The position numbers and the translations under genes are program-made. The notes beneath the pieces are model-generated. The model saw only the letters and a program-made list of their open reading frames with translations. It was not told the DNA's origin and did no database searches. Below, piece after piece: positions 1 through 11,901 of a stretch of 64,000 nt of DNA; position 1 is the stretch's first letter; every line of letters begins with the position of its first letter. Source of the stretch: Eledone cirrhosa. Lineage: Eukaryota. The stretch lies in NCBI GenBank assembly GCA_964016885.1, contig OZ024743.1:151962001-152026000 (forward strand). Direction: 5' to 3'.

Positions 1-1743
1 ACCAAATTAAACACAGTGATTTATCGATACCAGGAAGACCTAACTAAAAAGGAACGCGATTATTTAACAAATTTTGAATACAAAACCAGCAACCTTTACG
101 GACTTCCGAAGATCCACAAATGTAAAATAATCAACGATGCCTGTAAACAATCCACCTCAGCCTGCATGAACACACAATACCCCACAGACCTTAAATTAAG
201 ACCAATTATAGCGGGCCCACAATGTGAAACACACAGATTGAGCAACTTTATGGACATACTACTGTAACCAATACTGAAACACATACCAAGCCTTGTAAGA
301 GACGATCTGGACCTCTTAAACCACCTCCCCAAACGTGTCAACAACGACACTATTATTGTGTCTTTCGATGTAGTGAATCTCTACACAACGATCCCACACC
401 AATACGGACTAGAAGCAATAGGATTCTGGCTAGAGAAATATCCCAATGAGATACCTGACAGAATAGAAAAAAGCTTCATCACCGAGGGATTAAAATTCAT
501 CCTACAGAACAACTTTTTTGATTTCGATGGCAATACTTACAAGCAAATATCAGGGACTGCGATGGGCACAAAAGCCGCTCCAACTTATGCCAACTTAGTC
601 ATGGCATACTTAGAAGTCCAGATATATGAACAGTCCAAATCAAAATACGGATTGAACTTCCACAAATATTTATCAGAGAATTGGAAACGCTACTTGGATG
701 ATTGCCTCATTCTTTGGTCCCACACACTCGACCAACTGAAGGATTTCAAAAACTTAATAAACGGCATAAATAACCACATCCAATTCACAATGGAATACAG
801 CCAAGATCAACTCCCATTTCTCGACATCTTAATCACAAAAAAAGACACAAATATCGAAACTGACATACACTACAAACCAACAGATTCCAAACAATATCTG
901 CTATTCACCTCCAACCATCCAAAGCACACGAAGACGAACATTCCTTTTAACCTAGCAAGAAGAATTTGCACAATTGTCTCCAATTATGAAACGCGAAATA
1001 AAAGACTTCAAGAATTAAAGGAAATTCTACTTGAGAGAGAGTACCCACTATTACTAATAAATAATGGAATAGAAAGGGCTAAAGCAATAGGCATTGATGA
1101 ATTACGGAAACAGAAACAAATTCAAGGTACGTCCAATATTCTATCATATATCTCAACACACAACCCAAGAAATGCGGAAGCTTACAACACTATTCACAAT
1201 AACATCCCACTACTAAAACAAAACCCAAGAATGAAAAAAGCCCTTGAAACACACAAAATAATCAAAAGCAAAAGACAACCAAAATCACTGAAAACACTCA
1301 CCAATGCCAAATTACCTACCACAAACCCACAACCAAGTATCAAAAAATGTGGTCGCTCTAATTGTGGAACCTGCACTCACCTCATTGAAGGCAACACGTA
1401 TACATTTAAATCAGGACAAAATTTTACTGTAAAAAATCACTTCACTTGCTCATCAAAAAATCTACTTTATGCCATTAAATATAAAGGATGCAATGAAGAT
1501 TATATAGGACAAACTAAACTCACACTCAGAAACAGATTGACAGTTCATCGCCAACAATTACGAGATCCAACCACGAGACAGATACCACTAAGTGCACATC
1601 TAGACATTTGCGCAAGTAATAAGACACCCAAATTCCAAGTCTTCCCATTTTACCTTTGCGCTAACAATACAACAGAACAAATGCGAATAAATAAGGAAAA
1701 TATGTTTATTCAAAAATATAGACCAACATTAAATATGGTTTAA
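1..1743 (+). pseudogene. PLE RT/GIY-YIG polyprotein with one in-frame TAA at 265-267
   Basis: ORFs 16-267 and 358-1743 are in the same frame. The gap reads PILKHIPSLVRDDLDLLNHLP..., a typical PLE RT segment. Confidence 0.88.
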
Positions 1744-1920
1744 TATACATTATGTCAACACCATAACATGCTAACCAACCAAACAGACACATACACACAT
1801 AACACCTTCTACTTTAGAAAATAAAAACCCGAACTAAATAAACCTTAACATACGTTTGCACTGGCAATACAACAGCAAACACGAAAAAGTAAGGAAAATA
1901 TGTTCATTCAAAAATATTCC

Positions 1921-2255
1921 TACTAAAGGAATCACTTTCCTACACACACACATACACACACACACAATATATATATATATATATATATTCTCTTCATCTT
2001 AACATGCTAACCATACTCCCACACACATAACACCCATACACACACATAACAACCCCCACACCTACAACTCCCTCCCCATTTCTACTAATAGAACCACTTT
2101 CCTACACACATATATATATACACACACACAAAATATATATTCTCTCCATCTTAACATACTCGCACACACACACATAACACCCATATACACACACAACTCC
2201 CTCCCTCATCTCTACTAATAGAATCATCTTTCAATACACACATACACACACACAA
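1921..2255. repeat. Degenerate tandem duplication (about 130-160 bp units) in the PLE 3' region
   Basis: Recurrent blocks TACTAATAGAAyCAyTTTCCTACACACA, CATCTTAACAT and CACATAACACCCATA. Confidence 0.7.
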
Positions 2256-2769
2256 GCACACAAATAAACATACATATCTTCAGTCTCAATAGAAAATCTG
2301 AACTCTGACACCCCGGCGAGCTGGCCATATTCACTGAACCAGAACATTTCTCCCAATCCCTTTTCTCTTGACCACTATCTCTCCATTGTCATAACATTCT
2401 CTATAAAGACTACAGAATAGTTTTCCAAATAAGGGCGCAAAAATGTAATGAAAACTTGTTCACGTGACAGCCAAATTTCATTTATAACCAACCAAAAAAA
2501 AGCCTTCGTGAGCCTCCTTTTTTCAAGTAAAAAGAAATTCAAACACTCATATATGAAAAAACAACCTGTGACAACCCCCCCCCCCCCCTCTCTTATTTGA
2601 AGAACTATTGTAACGCGAACTGGCGCGAAATTTATTATAATTATTGACAAACCAATCAAATTACTTCTCGAAAAACCTGGCATTTCGAGCCACTTTTTCC
2701 ATATAAAACAAGTAACATTCTGAGACCAACCAGATGTGAGAAAAACCACAGACCCTCCATCTCAACTCA

Positions 2770-2807
2770 CCTTTTGAAAAGTAGAAGAACTGCGAAACCG
2801 GTAAAGG
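2770..2807 (+). ncRNA. Minimal type I hammerhead ribozyme, U3-A8 core variant
   Basis: CCTT-TTGAAAA-GTAG(AAGAA)CTGC-GAAA-CCGG-TA-AAGG: stem I CCTT/AAGG, stem II GTAG/CTGC, palindromic stem III. Confidence 0.7.
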
Positions 2808-2945
2808 AACCAAATAAATATATATATTTTTTAAAAAAATAAGACTTCAGTTGCATTTTCGATTTCATCTCTTTTTCTTTATACTTTCACTCGTGTAGGA
2901 CACCTCGGTTATTTTTCATTTTGTAAAAAAAAACCTCACTTTCTA

Positions 2946-2977
<32 letters not shown>

Positions 2978-2978
<1 letters not shown>

Positions 2979-3780
2979 AGTTAAAACAATGAAATAAAAA
3001 ATCAAGTCCTTAGAGATATATTTCACTGCTTTACGATCGTTTCTAGATGGTGATAATACATTGTTCCTATACTCGACTATTGATCTATGTAAGTTTACAA
3101 ACTATCAGATAGAGAGAATATTTACTTACATGCATATCACCAGCTTTTTTCAAAAGCAATAATAATTTTATTCAATAATAATTTTACTCAGAATTAGTAT
3201 CATGTCCATATTTGGAGGTAGTTGAACTAACGAATCAAATTGTTTTTTTCATATGGTGTTAAGATGAAAAGTAATACACTTTAGTTGAGGTCATGACCCT
3301 TTGAAAGGAATGGTTGAAAGGTGTTAGTAGAAATGGCATAAAAATCTATTAGGAAGGAAGGGGATTGTCAAACTGATAGTTGAATGTATCTTGTATAGTG
3401 AATTTAAAAGGAATGTCAAAATAAATGGTGATTAGTGTTGTATTGAGTTTTAAGGTGAATATAAATTAATGTTATGTCTAGGAAAGATAGTATATTAAAA
3501 GATGAAAATTATAATGAGATATAGTAATGCGATAATATACAACTTAACCAACAGAATATAGTACGGTGTGGTAAATTGCACTCAGTATAATATAACATAT
3601 TATATATTATATGCTCTAAAATATTGCTAAGTATATTTATGCATAAACAATCAAACTCAGATAAGTACATGTTGGCATAGTTAAAACACATAAATTTCAT
3701 AGTCTACAAAGCGCACATATTCACACTACATATATAAAGAGGTACAGTTATATTGATATCTAACCAAAATATACATAAGT
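2978..3780 (-). mobile_element. Probable PLE 3'-end (pLTR) fragment, tail-to-tail with the first PLE
   Basis: Ends at (TA)n 2946-2977 and carries a minus-strand hammerhead. No ORF recognised; right boundary approximate. Confidence 0.5.
3025..3160 (-). ncRNA. Type I hammerhead ribozyme, U3-A8 variant, long stem II insert
   Basis: Minus strand: ATTGCTT-TTGAAAA-AAGCTGGTGATA...TATCACCATCTA-GAAA-CGATCG-TA-AAGCAGT. Confidence 0.62.
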
Positions 3781-3784
3781 GTAT

Positions 3785-4176
3785 CATTCATCATCATCAT
3801 TTCATTTTACGTCCGCTTTTTCCCTGCTTGCAAGGGTGGGACAGGAACTGATTCTGGCTTGATTTCTACAGCTGGATGCCCTTCCTAACACCAACCTCAT
3901 TTACAGTGAGTGCTGGGTGCTTTTTTGCCGTGGCGCCTACACGTCCACTTTACAGTGTGGGCTGGGTGCTTTTTTGCCGTGGCACCTCCACGACCACTTT
4001 GCAGTGGAATGATAGGGACCCTAGTCCTATCATCTTATTTCTACAGCTGAGTAAACTGGAGCAATGTGAAATAAAGTGTCTTGCTCAAGGACACAACACA
4101 TCACCCGGTCTGAGAATTGAACTCACAACCTTTCGATTGTAAGGCCAATGCTCTAACCACTAAGCCACGTCCCTCC
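3785..4176 (-). mobile_element. tRNA-derived SINE (full length) with CORE/V-like central block and RTE-LINE-type (ATG)n tail
   Basis: Minus strand: A-box GTGGCTTAGTGG, B-box GAGTTCAATTC, GTCCTTGAGCAAGACACTT block, GTTAGGAAGGGCATCCAGCTGTAGAAA, tail CCCTTGCAAGCAGGGAAAAGCGGACGTAAAATG. Confidence 0.88.
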
Positions 4177-4199
4177 ACATCAAATAGATGCAAACCTAA

Positions 4200-4395
4200 A
4201 TACACATCCACATGCATGCATATAATCATATATATACATATCCATACATATCTATATCCACACATACACATCTATACCCCCATATATACATATACACATA
4301 CACATCTATACCCCCATATATACATATACACATACATACCCCCATATATACATATACACATACACATACATACCCCCATATATATATATACACAT

Positions 4396-4442
<47 letters not shown>

Positions 4443-4541
4443 CATACATACATACATATATGTACATACACATACATACATATATACACATACATACATA
4501 TATATATATATACACACATATATATATACATATATATATAC

Positions 4542-4575
<34 letters not shown>

Positions 4576-4586
4576 TATATATACAA

Positions 4587-4627
<41 letters not shown>

Positions 4628-4642
4628 ATATATATATACACA
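4200..4642. repeat. Compound (TA)n/(CA)n/TACCCCCATATA microsatellite
   Basis: Direct inspection; source of the spurious YI/TH ORFs. Confidence 0.95.
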
Positions 4643-5870
4643 CTTGTGTGAGTATATGTACACTCCTCTTACTCGATCTAAGCTATTCCAGATAGGGCTA
4701 GACGTAAGATAGGGAAAGCCACCTCATGGTATGACAACCAGAGATACCAGAGTGTCATGCTTGTGGACGCTACCCCTGGAGGGAAATTAGCTGACCAGTG
4801 TAGAAAGACCCTGAGAAAGACCCACTTAAAGATTAAGGTGGTAGAAAAGCCAGGAACCACTATAAAATCCCTGATCAGCAAAACCTACCCTTTTAAGAAA
4901 ACCCACTGTACCAATAGGAAATGTATCATATGTAAGGTGAACACCCGGATAAACTGTAAAACTAGAAACGTAGTCTATAGCATAAGATGTACAGAGGATA
5001 CTTGCAGAAACATGACAACAACATACATAGGTGAGACAGTTGTAGCATAGGTGAAAGGATAGACCAACACTGGGGGGAACTAAAAGGACAAAAAAACGGT
5101 TCAGTACTATATGAACATGCCAGACAACAACACAACGGTAACATAGACAACATAGAAATTAGAATAATATCTAAAGATAGAAATGACCCAGCAGATAGGC
5201 AAATCAGAGAGGCCAGTGAAATAGAATTTAGAAGGCCAAGGCTAAACAGAAAAAATGAATGGAATAACAACAACACCCAAACAAACAACACTGACCTAAG
5301 AGAAGTATAAATAAATAGATAAATAGATAAATAAATAAATACATACACAAGCACGATAACAACAAACACATATAAACACACACTAGTAAAGATAGAATAC
5401 ATTAACCAATACACAGTCACCCAATCACGAACACACATCAAACAAAACACTATACACACACACAAACGCATGCACAAAGAAGACAAAAAATAAACAAATA
5501 AATAAATATATAAACAGACTAAATAAAGATGGCGTGGAAAATACAATGCAACGGGAGGAAACAATAGCACCACTGATGATGTTGCAGATGTGCAACGAAA
5601 GAACTTTGATAGACTATATATATGTGTTTGTGTCTATATTATATCTGTATTTTTGACCGTTGGTCAGTCAATGGCAACATTGAAGACCGAATAAATTAAA
5701 TTAACCAATATAAAAGCCACAGAAGCAAAAAGTGATAACCAACCAAACAGTGAGTGTGTTCTGTTATTAATTCTGGCAATATTACACAAATATGACCTTC
5801 CCCAAGTATAACAATATTTGTTTCGACACACGATTTCATATAAAAAACCTCGCAAAACTAATTCATCGCC

Positions 5871-5877
<7 letters not shown>
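4643..5877 (+). mobile_element. 5'-truncated PLE (Nematis-like) with a frameshifted GIY-YIG end
   Basis: ATPGGKLA...KVVEKPGTTIKSL...C.N.KC.IC...NC..RNVVYSIRC...YIGET, then a frameshift near 5040, then SIGERIDQH...RQIREASEI...LNRKNEW. Flanked by microsatellites. Confidence 0.85.
5568..5611 (+). ncRNA. Degenerate hammerhead in the pLTR of the Nematis-like PLE
   Basis: CTGATGA-T-GTTGCA(GATG)TGCAAC-GAAA-GAAC-TT. Core and stem II are intact; stem I (ACCA/TGAT) is mismatched. Confidence 0.55.
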
Positions 5878-5936
<59 letters not shown>

Positions 5937-5939
5937 TGT

Positions 5940-5987
5940 ATCATCATCACCATCATTTTACTTCCGCTTTTCCCTGCTTGCAAGGGT
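5940..5987 (-). mobile_element. Tail-only insertion of the RTE LINE/SINE 3' end
   Basis: Reverse complement of CCCTTGCAAGCAGGGAAAAGCGGAAGTAAAATGATG. Confidence 0.8.
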
Positions 5988-5990
5988 ATA

Positions 5991-6019
<29 letters not shown>

Positions 6020-6023
<4 letters not shown>

Positions 6024-6038
6024 GTATATAAGGCTATT

Positions 6039-6099
<61 letters not shown>

Positions 6100-6110
6100 A
6101 GGCTATTAGA

Positions 6111-6142
<32 letters not shown>

Positions 6143-6222
6143 AGGCTATTAGATATATATATATATATATATATGTATATAAGGCTATATATATATATAT
6201 ATATATGTATATAAGGCTATTA
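6020..6222. repeat. Minisatellite of ATGTATATAAGGCTATTAGA alternating with (TA)n, five units (one partial)
   Basis: The unit equals the first bases of the adjacent truncated LINE. Confidence 0.85.
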
Positions 6223-8300
6223 GAGACAAAAGACTAGCATGGAAGGCTTGGAAAAAGGGTGGGAGTAGGGAAGAATATACAGCCACTAAGAGAGAAACTA
6301 GACGTCAGGTGTACTTAGCACGCAGGGAGGCAGAGAGTAGGAGGTTTGCCAATGTTCTGCGACGGGAAGATCAGAGGTGTGCGGTGTTCCACATTGCAAG
6401 GCGGTGTGTCAATGCAAATCAGGTTGTTGTTTGAGATAAATGTGTCCAGGATGATGCCGGTGTACTTAGTGTCACGAATGATCAGAAAAAGGAGACCTGG
6501 AAATGTCATTATGAGAGACTGATAAATGTGGAGAACAAATGGGAGAGAGAGAAATTACCCTTGGTAGTTCCGACAGAGGGACCAGCTATTGAGATTAACA
6601 AATATAGGGTCCAAGAGGTGATTAGGGAAATGAAAAATGGTAAGGCTGCCGGACCATCGGGAATAGTTGCTGAGATGCTGAAGGCATCAGGGGACGTAGG
6701 CACTAAACTGGTTGCACGCATCATCAATCAGGCTATATATGGTGGTGTCATACCCAAAGACTGGTGCAGCAGTATTCTCATAACTTGCTACAAAGGTAAA
6801 GGGGATGCTCTGGAGAGGAGCAATTATAGGGGTTTAAAACTGATAGATCAGGTTATGAAAGTGGCAGAAAGGATATTAGCACAACTAATTAGAGAAAGAG
6901 TCAAACTAGATGAGATGCAGTTTGGTTTTGTGCCTGGGAAGAGTACAACAGATGCCCTCTTCTTGGTGAGACAATTGCAAGAGAGGTTCTTAGAGAAGAA
7001 TAAGCCACTATACTTAGCCTTTGTTGACCTAGAGAAGGCTTTTGATAGGGTACCCCGATCTGTCATCTGGTGGTCCCTAAGGAAGCTAGGTGTTGATGAA
7101 TGGCTTGTGAGGACAGTGCAAACTTTGTACAGAGGTACTCTCAGTAAAGTCAGGGTAGGAATGGAGTTTAGTGAGGAATTCCAGATACAAGTAGGAGTAC
7201 ATAAGGGTTCGGTCCTCAGCCCGCTCTTGTTCATTATAGTCCTCCAAGCCATAACAGAGGAGTTTAAGACTGGCTGTCCATAGGAATTTCTCTATGCTGA
7301 CAATCTGGTTCTTATAGCTGAATCAGTAGAGCAGCTAGAGAATAAATTCTGGCTATGGAAACAGCAGTTGGATGCAAGAGGACTGAGAGTGAACCTAGCT
7401 AAGACAAAAGTGTTGATGAGTAGAAAAGAGGACAAAACCCTGATTCCGTCTGGGAAATGGCCATGTTTGATATGCAGAAAAGGAACTGGCATAAATTCTA
7501 TAAAATGCACACAATGCAGATCCTGGGTACACAAGAGATGTACCGGGATAGCAGGCAAACTAACAGGTAGGGAGAAATATGTATGCAGTAGATGTACAGG
7601 GAAATTAGACAGTAGAAGTCGCATTGATAGACACATTTTTCAAATGCAGGAGGGCGCTATAGAAGTGGTGGATAGCTTCCGGTACCTAGGAGATCAGATT
7701 AACATGGGAGGAGGGTGTTCCGAGGCCATAATATCTAGAATAAGAATGGGTTGGAAGAAGTTTAGGGAGCTGCTTCCTCTGTTGACGAAGAAGGGTTTCT
7801 CCCTGCGTACGAAAGGCCGGTTGTATGATGCCTGTGTGAGGAGCGCGATGCTGCATGGTAGTGAGACATGGGCAGTAACTGCAGAGGACATGCGACGGCT
7901 GGAGAGAAATGAGGCAAGCATGCTCCGTTGGATGTGCAGTGTAAATGTGTGTGAACGACCCAGCATAAATGTGTTGAGAGAGAAACTGTGTCTGAGAGGG
8001 ATAGAATGTAGTGTATGGAAGAGGAGACTGAGGTGGTATGGACATGTGATGCGCATGGAGGATGACCGATGGGTGAAGAAGTGCCAGGAATTGCCAGTTG
8101 AAAGAAGACGTGGTAGAGGTAGACCACGAAAAACATGGGCAGAGGTGGTGAGAACAGACCTCAGATCATTGAAGTTCACGGTGGAGATGACGAAGGACCG
8201 TGACGAGTGGAGAGATGCTGTGCTGAATAAGACCCGTCCCACCCTTGCAAGCAGGGAAAAGCGGACGTAAAATGATGATGATGATGATGATGATGATGAT
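6207..8300 (+). mobile_element. 5'-truncated RTE-clade LINE (RT with PHD-like insert), inactivated
   Basis: KAAGPSGI, NYRGLKL, QFGFVPGKSTTDA, AFVDLEKAFDRV, GVHKGSVLSPLLF, YADN (catalytic D to N), FRYLG, RLRWYGHVMRM, GRGRPRKTW. Several in-frame stops (e.g. 7281-7283) and an (ATG)n tail. Confidence 0.95.
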
Positions 8301-8307
8301 ATATATG

Positions 8308-8395
<88 letters not shown>

Positions 8396-8396
8396 G

Positions 8397-9236
<840 letters not shown>

Positions 9237-9248
9237 TTAGATATATAT

Positions 9249-9664
9249 ATATATAATCAAGGTTTAGCAAATAAGAAAAAGTTTCAAAATAAATTTTAAA
9301 AAATTAACTTTACTTACTATAGTTACCTTTACCGAATCGGTTTCGAGTCTCAAAAATAAACGGAGTTTATTCGGGAATTTTATATTCTTTGAATGAAAAG
9401 ATCCTTCTGACGAGAGTTTTTCTTTGCAACGGATGCCGTATGGTCTCCGTTTATTTTTGAGACTCGAAACCGATTCGGTAAAGGTAACTATAGTAAGTAA
9501 AGTTAATTTTTTAAAATTTATTTTGAAACTTTTTCTTATTTGCTAAACCTTGATTATATATGTTCTGGCTCGTTAATTTATTAACCTGCCATTGAATCAC
9601 ATTGGCATCTGGTTGGACAATACACGTGTCCCTTAGCGCCTTGTGCGTGTAGGAACACATATTC

Positions 9665-9668
<4 letters not shown>
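9249..9668 (+). mobile_element. ORF-less fold-back PLE-type element in (TA)n
   Basis: Apparently perfect inverted repeat of about 115 bp (9249-9365 and 9445-9561), one-sided tail 9562-9668, plus-strand hammerhead. Confidence 0.8.
9403..9484 (+). ncRNA. Type I hammerhead ribozyme with extended stem II
   Basis: CCTT-CTGACGA-GAGTTTT...GAGACTC-GAAA-CCGATTCGG-TA-AAGG. Inner AACGGA/TCCGTT pairing. Confidence 0.85.
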
Positions 9669-9756
<88 letters not shown>

Positions 9757-9920
9757 GTATATATATATGTATATATATATATGTATATATATGTAGGAGG
9801 TGAGTTTTATTGTAGTACAATAAAGCAATGCAGATATCGGATAAGAAGCACTCTACAGTTTGTAGGACTGGAGTATACATAATATATAAGATCAAAAGAT
9901 GGTTAAAGGAGTTCCATGTA

Positions 9921-9987
9921 TTTTATTATGCGCATTTCAAAAACAAACATCATCATGCAATAATATTTGTGTTTTCATCAGATAAAA
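9921..9987 (-). ncRNA. Type I hammerhead ribozyme (left arm of copy A)
   Basis: Minus strand: TTTTAT-CTGATGA-AAACACAAATATT...GATGTTTGTTTTT-GAAA-TGCGCA-TA-ATAAAA. Confidence 0.85.
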
Positions 9988-10054
9988 CAGGAGGACATGA
10001 TATGAAGGCTAAAAAACACTTGTGGGTGGTGCAGTTTTAAATCAACATATCATG

Positions 10055-10121
10055 TTTTATCTGATGAAAACACAAATATTGTTGCATGATGATGTTTGTT
10101 TTTGAAATGCGCATAATAAAA
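10055..10121 (+). ncRNA. Type I hammerhead ribozyme (right arm of copy A)
   Basis: TTTTAT-CTGATGA-AAACACAAATATTGTTGCATGATGATGTTTGTTTTT-GAAA-TGCGCA-TA-ATAAAA. Confidence 0.85.
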
Positions 10122-10184
10122 TACATGGAACTCCTTTAACCATCTTTTGATCTTATATATTATGTATATATATATATGTATATA

Positions 10185-10229
<45 letters not shown>

Positions 10230-10240
10230 GTATATATATG

Positions 10241-10365
<125 letters not shown>

Positions 10366-10464
10366 GTAATAAAATGAAAACGAAATTTCATTTCTCACTC
10401 TTAGTACGGCACTTACTTAAATGTCAGTATGTATGTACACGTACATATATATATATATATATCT

Positions 10465-11120
10465 CTGGTGCAATGAGTAGCAGCAAGTGCCCACAAAATA
10501 CTAGCTCTTTCAACTGCGCAGAGGGTTCTATAGAAATAGTGGACAGCTTCCGTTACCTGGGTGACAAAATCAGCAGTGGGGGAGGGTGCTCCGAAAGTAC
10601 AGTAGCTAGAGTCAGAACTGGATGGAAAAAGTTCAGAGAGCTTATACCACTATTAGCCGCTAAAGGGTTCTTCCTAAAAGTGAAAGGCAGGTTGAATGAT
10701 GCCTGAATACGAACAGCAATGTTGCATGACAGTGAGACCTGGGCATTGTGTGCAGAGGATATACGCAGACTAGAGAGGAACGAAGCTTGCATGCTCCGCT
10801 GGATGTGTAATAGTAATATACGCGAACGGCAAAGCATAAAAGAACTAAGGAAAAAATTAGAAATAAGAGGGATCAGATGTTGTTTACTCGAGAGAAGGCT
10901 ATGTTGGTATGGTCACGTGATGCGCATGAAAGACGACAGCTGTATAACAAAGTGCAGGGCAATAAAGATAGACGGTAGCCACGGAGTAGGCAGACCCAGA
11001 AAAACCTGGGACGAGCTGATAAATTCCGACCTCACACACTTACACCTCTCCAAGACAATGTCACTGGACCGAGAGCTTTGGCGGTACTCAGTAATAGAGA
11101 AGACCCGCGTTACCTAAATA
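10465..11120 (+). mobile_element. RTE LINE 3' fragment (sister subfamily)
   Basis: [46 protein letters not shown], with an in-frame TGA near 10705. Confidence 0.9.
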
Positions 11121-11239
11121 CAAAGTAAAACCTACTACAGTCAGTAGGCATCTCTAACAAAATACACCCCCGTCCCACCACCCCCACCCCATCCACACCG
11201 CCCCTTTCAATGTAAAGTTATGTTGGTGCCACAAAATCC

Positions 11240-11579
11240 AGGCCGAAACAAATGAGATCGTGTAGGTGTCACGACAAAAAAACACACAGTCCACGCTGTA
11301 ATGTGACCGTGTAGGCAACACGGTAAAAACGTCCTAGTCCCACACTGTAAATGTGGTTGGTGTTAGGAAGGGCATCCAGCTGTAGAAAACCTGCCAGACA
11401 GTCCACGCTGTAATGTGGCCGTGTAGGCAACACGGTAAAAACCTCCCAGCCCCACACTGTAAATGTGGTTGGTGTTAGGAAGGGCATCCAACTGTAGAAA
11501 ACCCGCCAGACAGTCCTATGCGAGCAAGACAACCACTCTTGCCTCAAGTGGGAAAACTCCCGTCCAAACCCATGCAAGC
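11240..11579 (+). mobile_element. SINE body with an internal tandem duplication of about 110-120 bp
   Basis: CAGTCCACGCTGTAATGTG...GTTAGGAAGGGCATCCA.CTGTAGAAAA occurs twice; ends at CCCGTCCAAACCCATGCAAGC. Confidence 0.75.
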
Positions 11580-11866
11580 TTCCTTGAGCAAGACACTTTA
11601 TTTCACATTGCTCCAGTTTACTCAGCTGTAGAAATGCGATGATAGGAACTGGGGTCCCTATCATTCCACTGCAAAGTGGTCATGGAGGTGCCACGGCAAA
11701 AAAGCACCCAGCCCACACTGTAAAGTGGATGTGCAGGCGCCACGGCAAAAAAGCACCCAGCACTCACCGTAAATGCGGTTGGTGTTAGGAAGGGCATCCA
11801 GCTGTAGAAATCAAGCCAGAATCAGTTCCCGTCCCACCCTTGCAAGCAGGGAAAAGCGGACGTAAA

Positions 11867-11901
<35 letters not shown>
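11580..11901 (+). mobile_element. 5'-truncated SINE, same family as 3785-4176
   Basis: Near-identical to the reverse complement of 3785-4090; (ATG)n tail. Confidence 0.9.

Larger units (their letters stand above)
1..2945 (+). mobile_element. Penelope-like retroelement (Neptune-type), 5' part off-window; ORF, long CA-rich 3' region and pLTR with hammerhead
   Basis: PLE RT motifs LYGLPKIHK, LRPIIAG, SFDVVNLYTTIP, GTAMG, RYLDD, LPFLD, YKPTD, then a Cys-rich linker (KKCGRSNCGTC) and GIY-YIG (LLYAIK...YIGQT...R...H...E..FI). Ends at (TA)n near 2946. Confidence 0.93.
9788..10168. mobile_element. ORF-less fold-back element with two divergent hammerheads (copy A)
   Basis: Arms at 9874-9989 and 10053-10168 (one mismatch seen), tail 9788-9873, (TA)n flanks. 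Confidence 0.85.

Noticed and set aside
265-267. In-frame stop in the PLE ORF as possible recoding
   Set aside because: It is TAA and no SECIS-like element was seen; a point mutation is simpler.
4100-4176. tRNA-like sequences (also at 49786 and 58440)
   Set aside because: SINE heads continuous with SINE bodies; no proper acceptor stem.
4117-4712. Long YI/TH/CV-rich ORFs (also near 5800, 8900, 10150, 14300, 22800, 43700 and 55900)
   Set aside because: Translations of (TA)n/(CA)n microsatellites, not genes.
6020-6222. Repeat-spacer pattern resembling CRISPR
   Set aside because: Spacers are (TA)n, the context is eukaryotic, and there are no cas genes.
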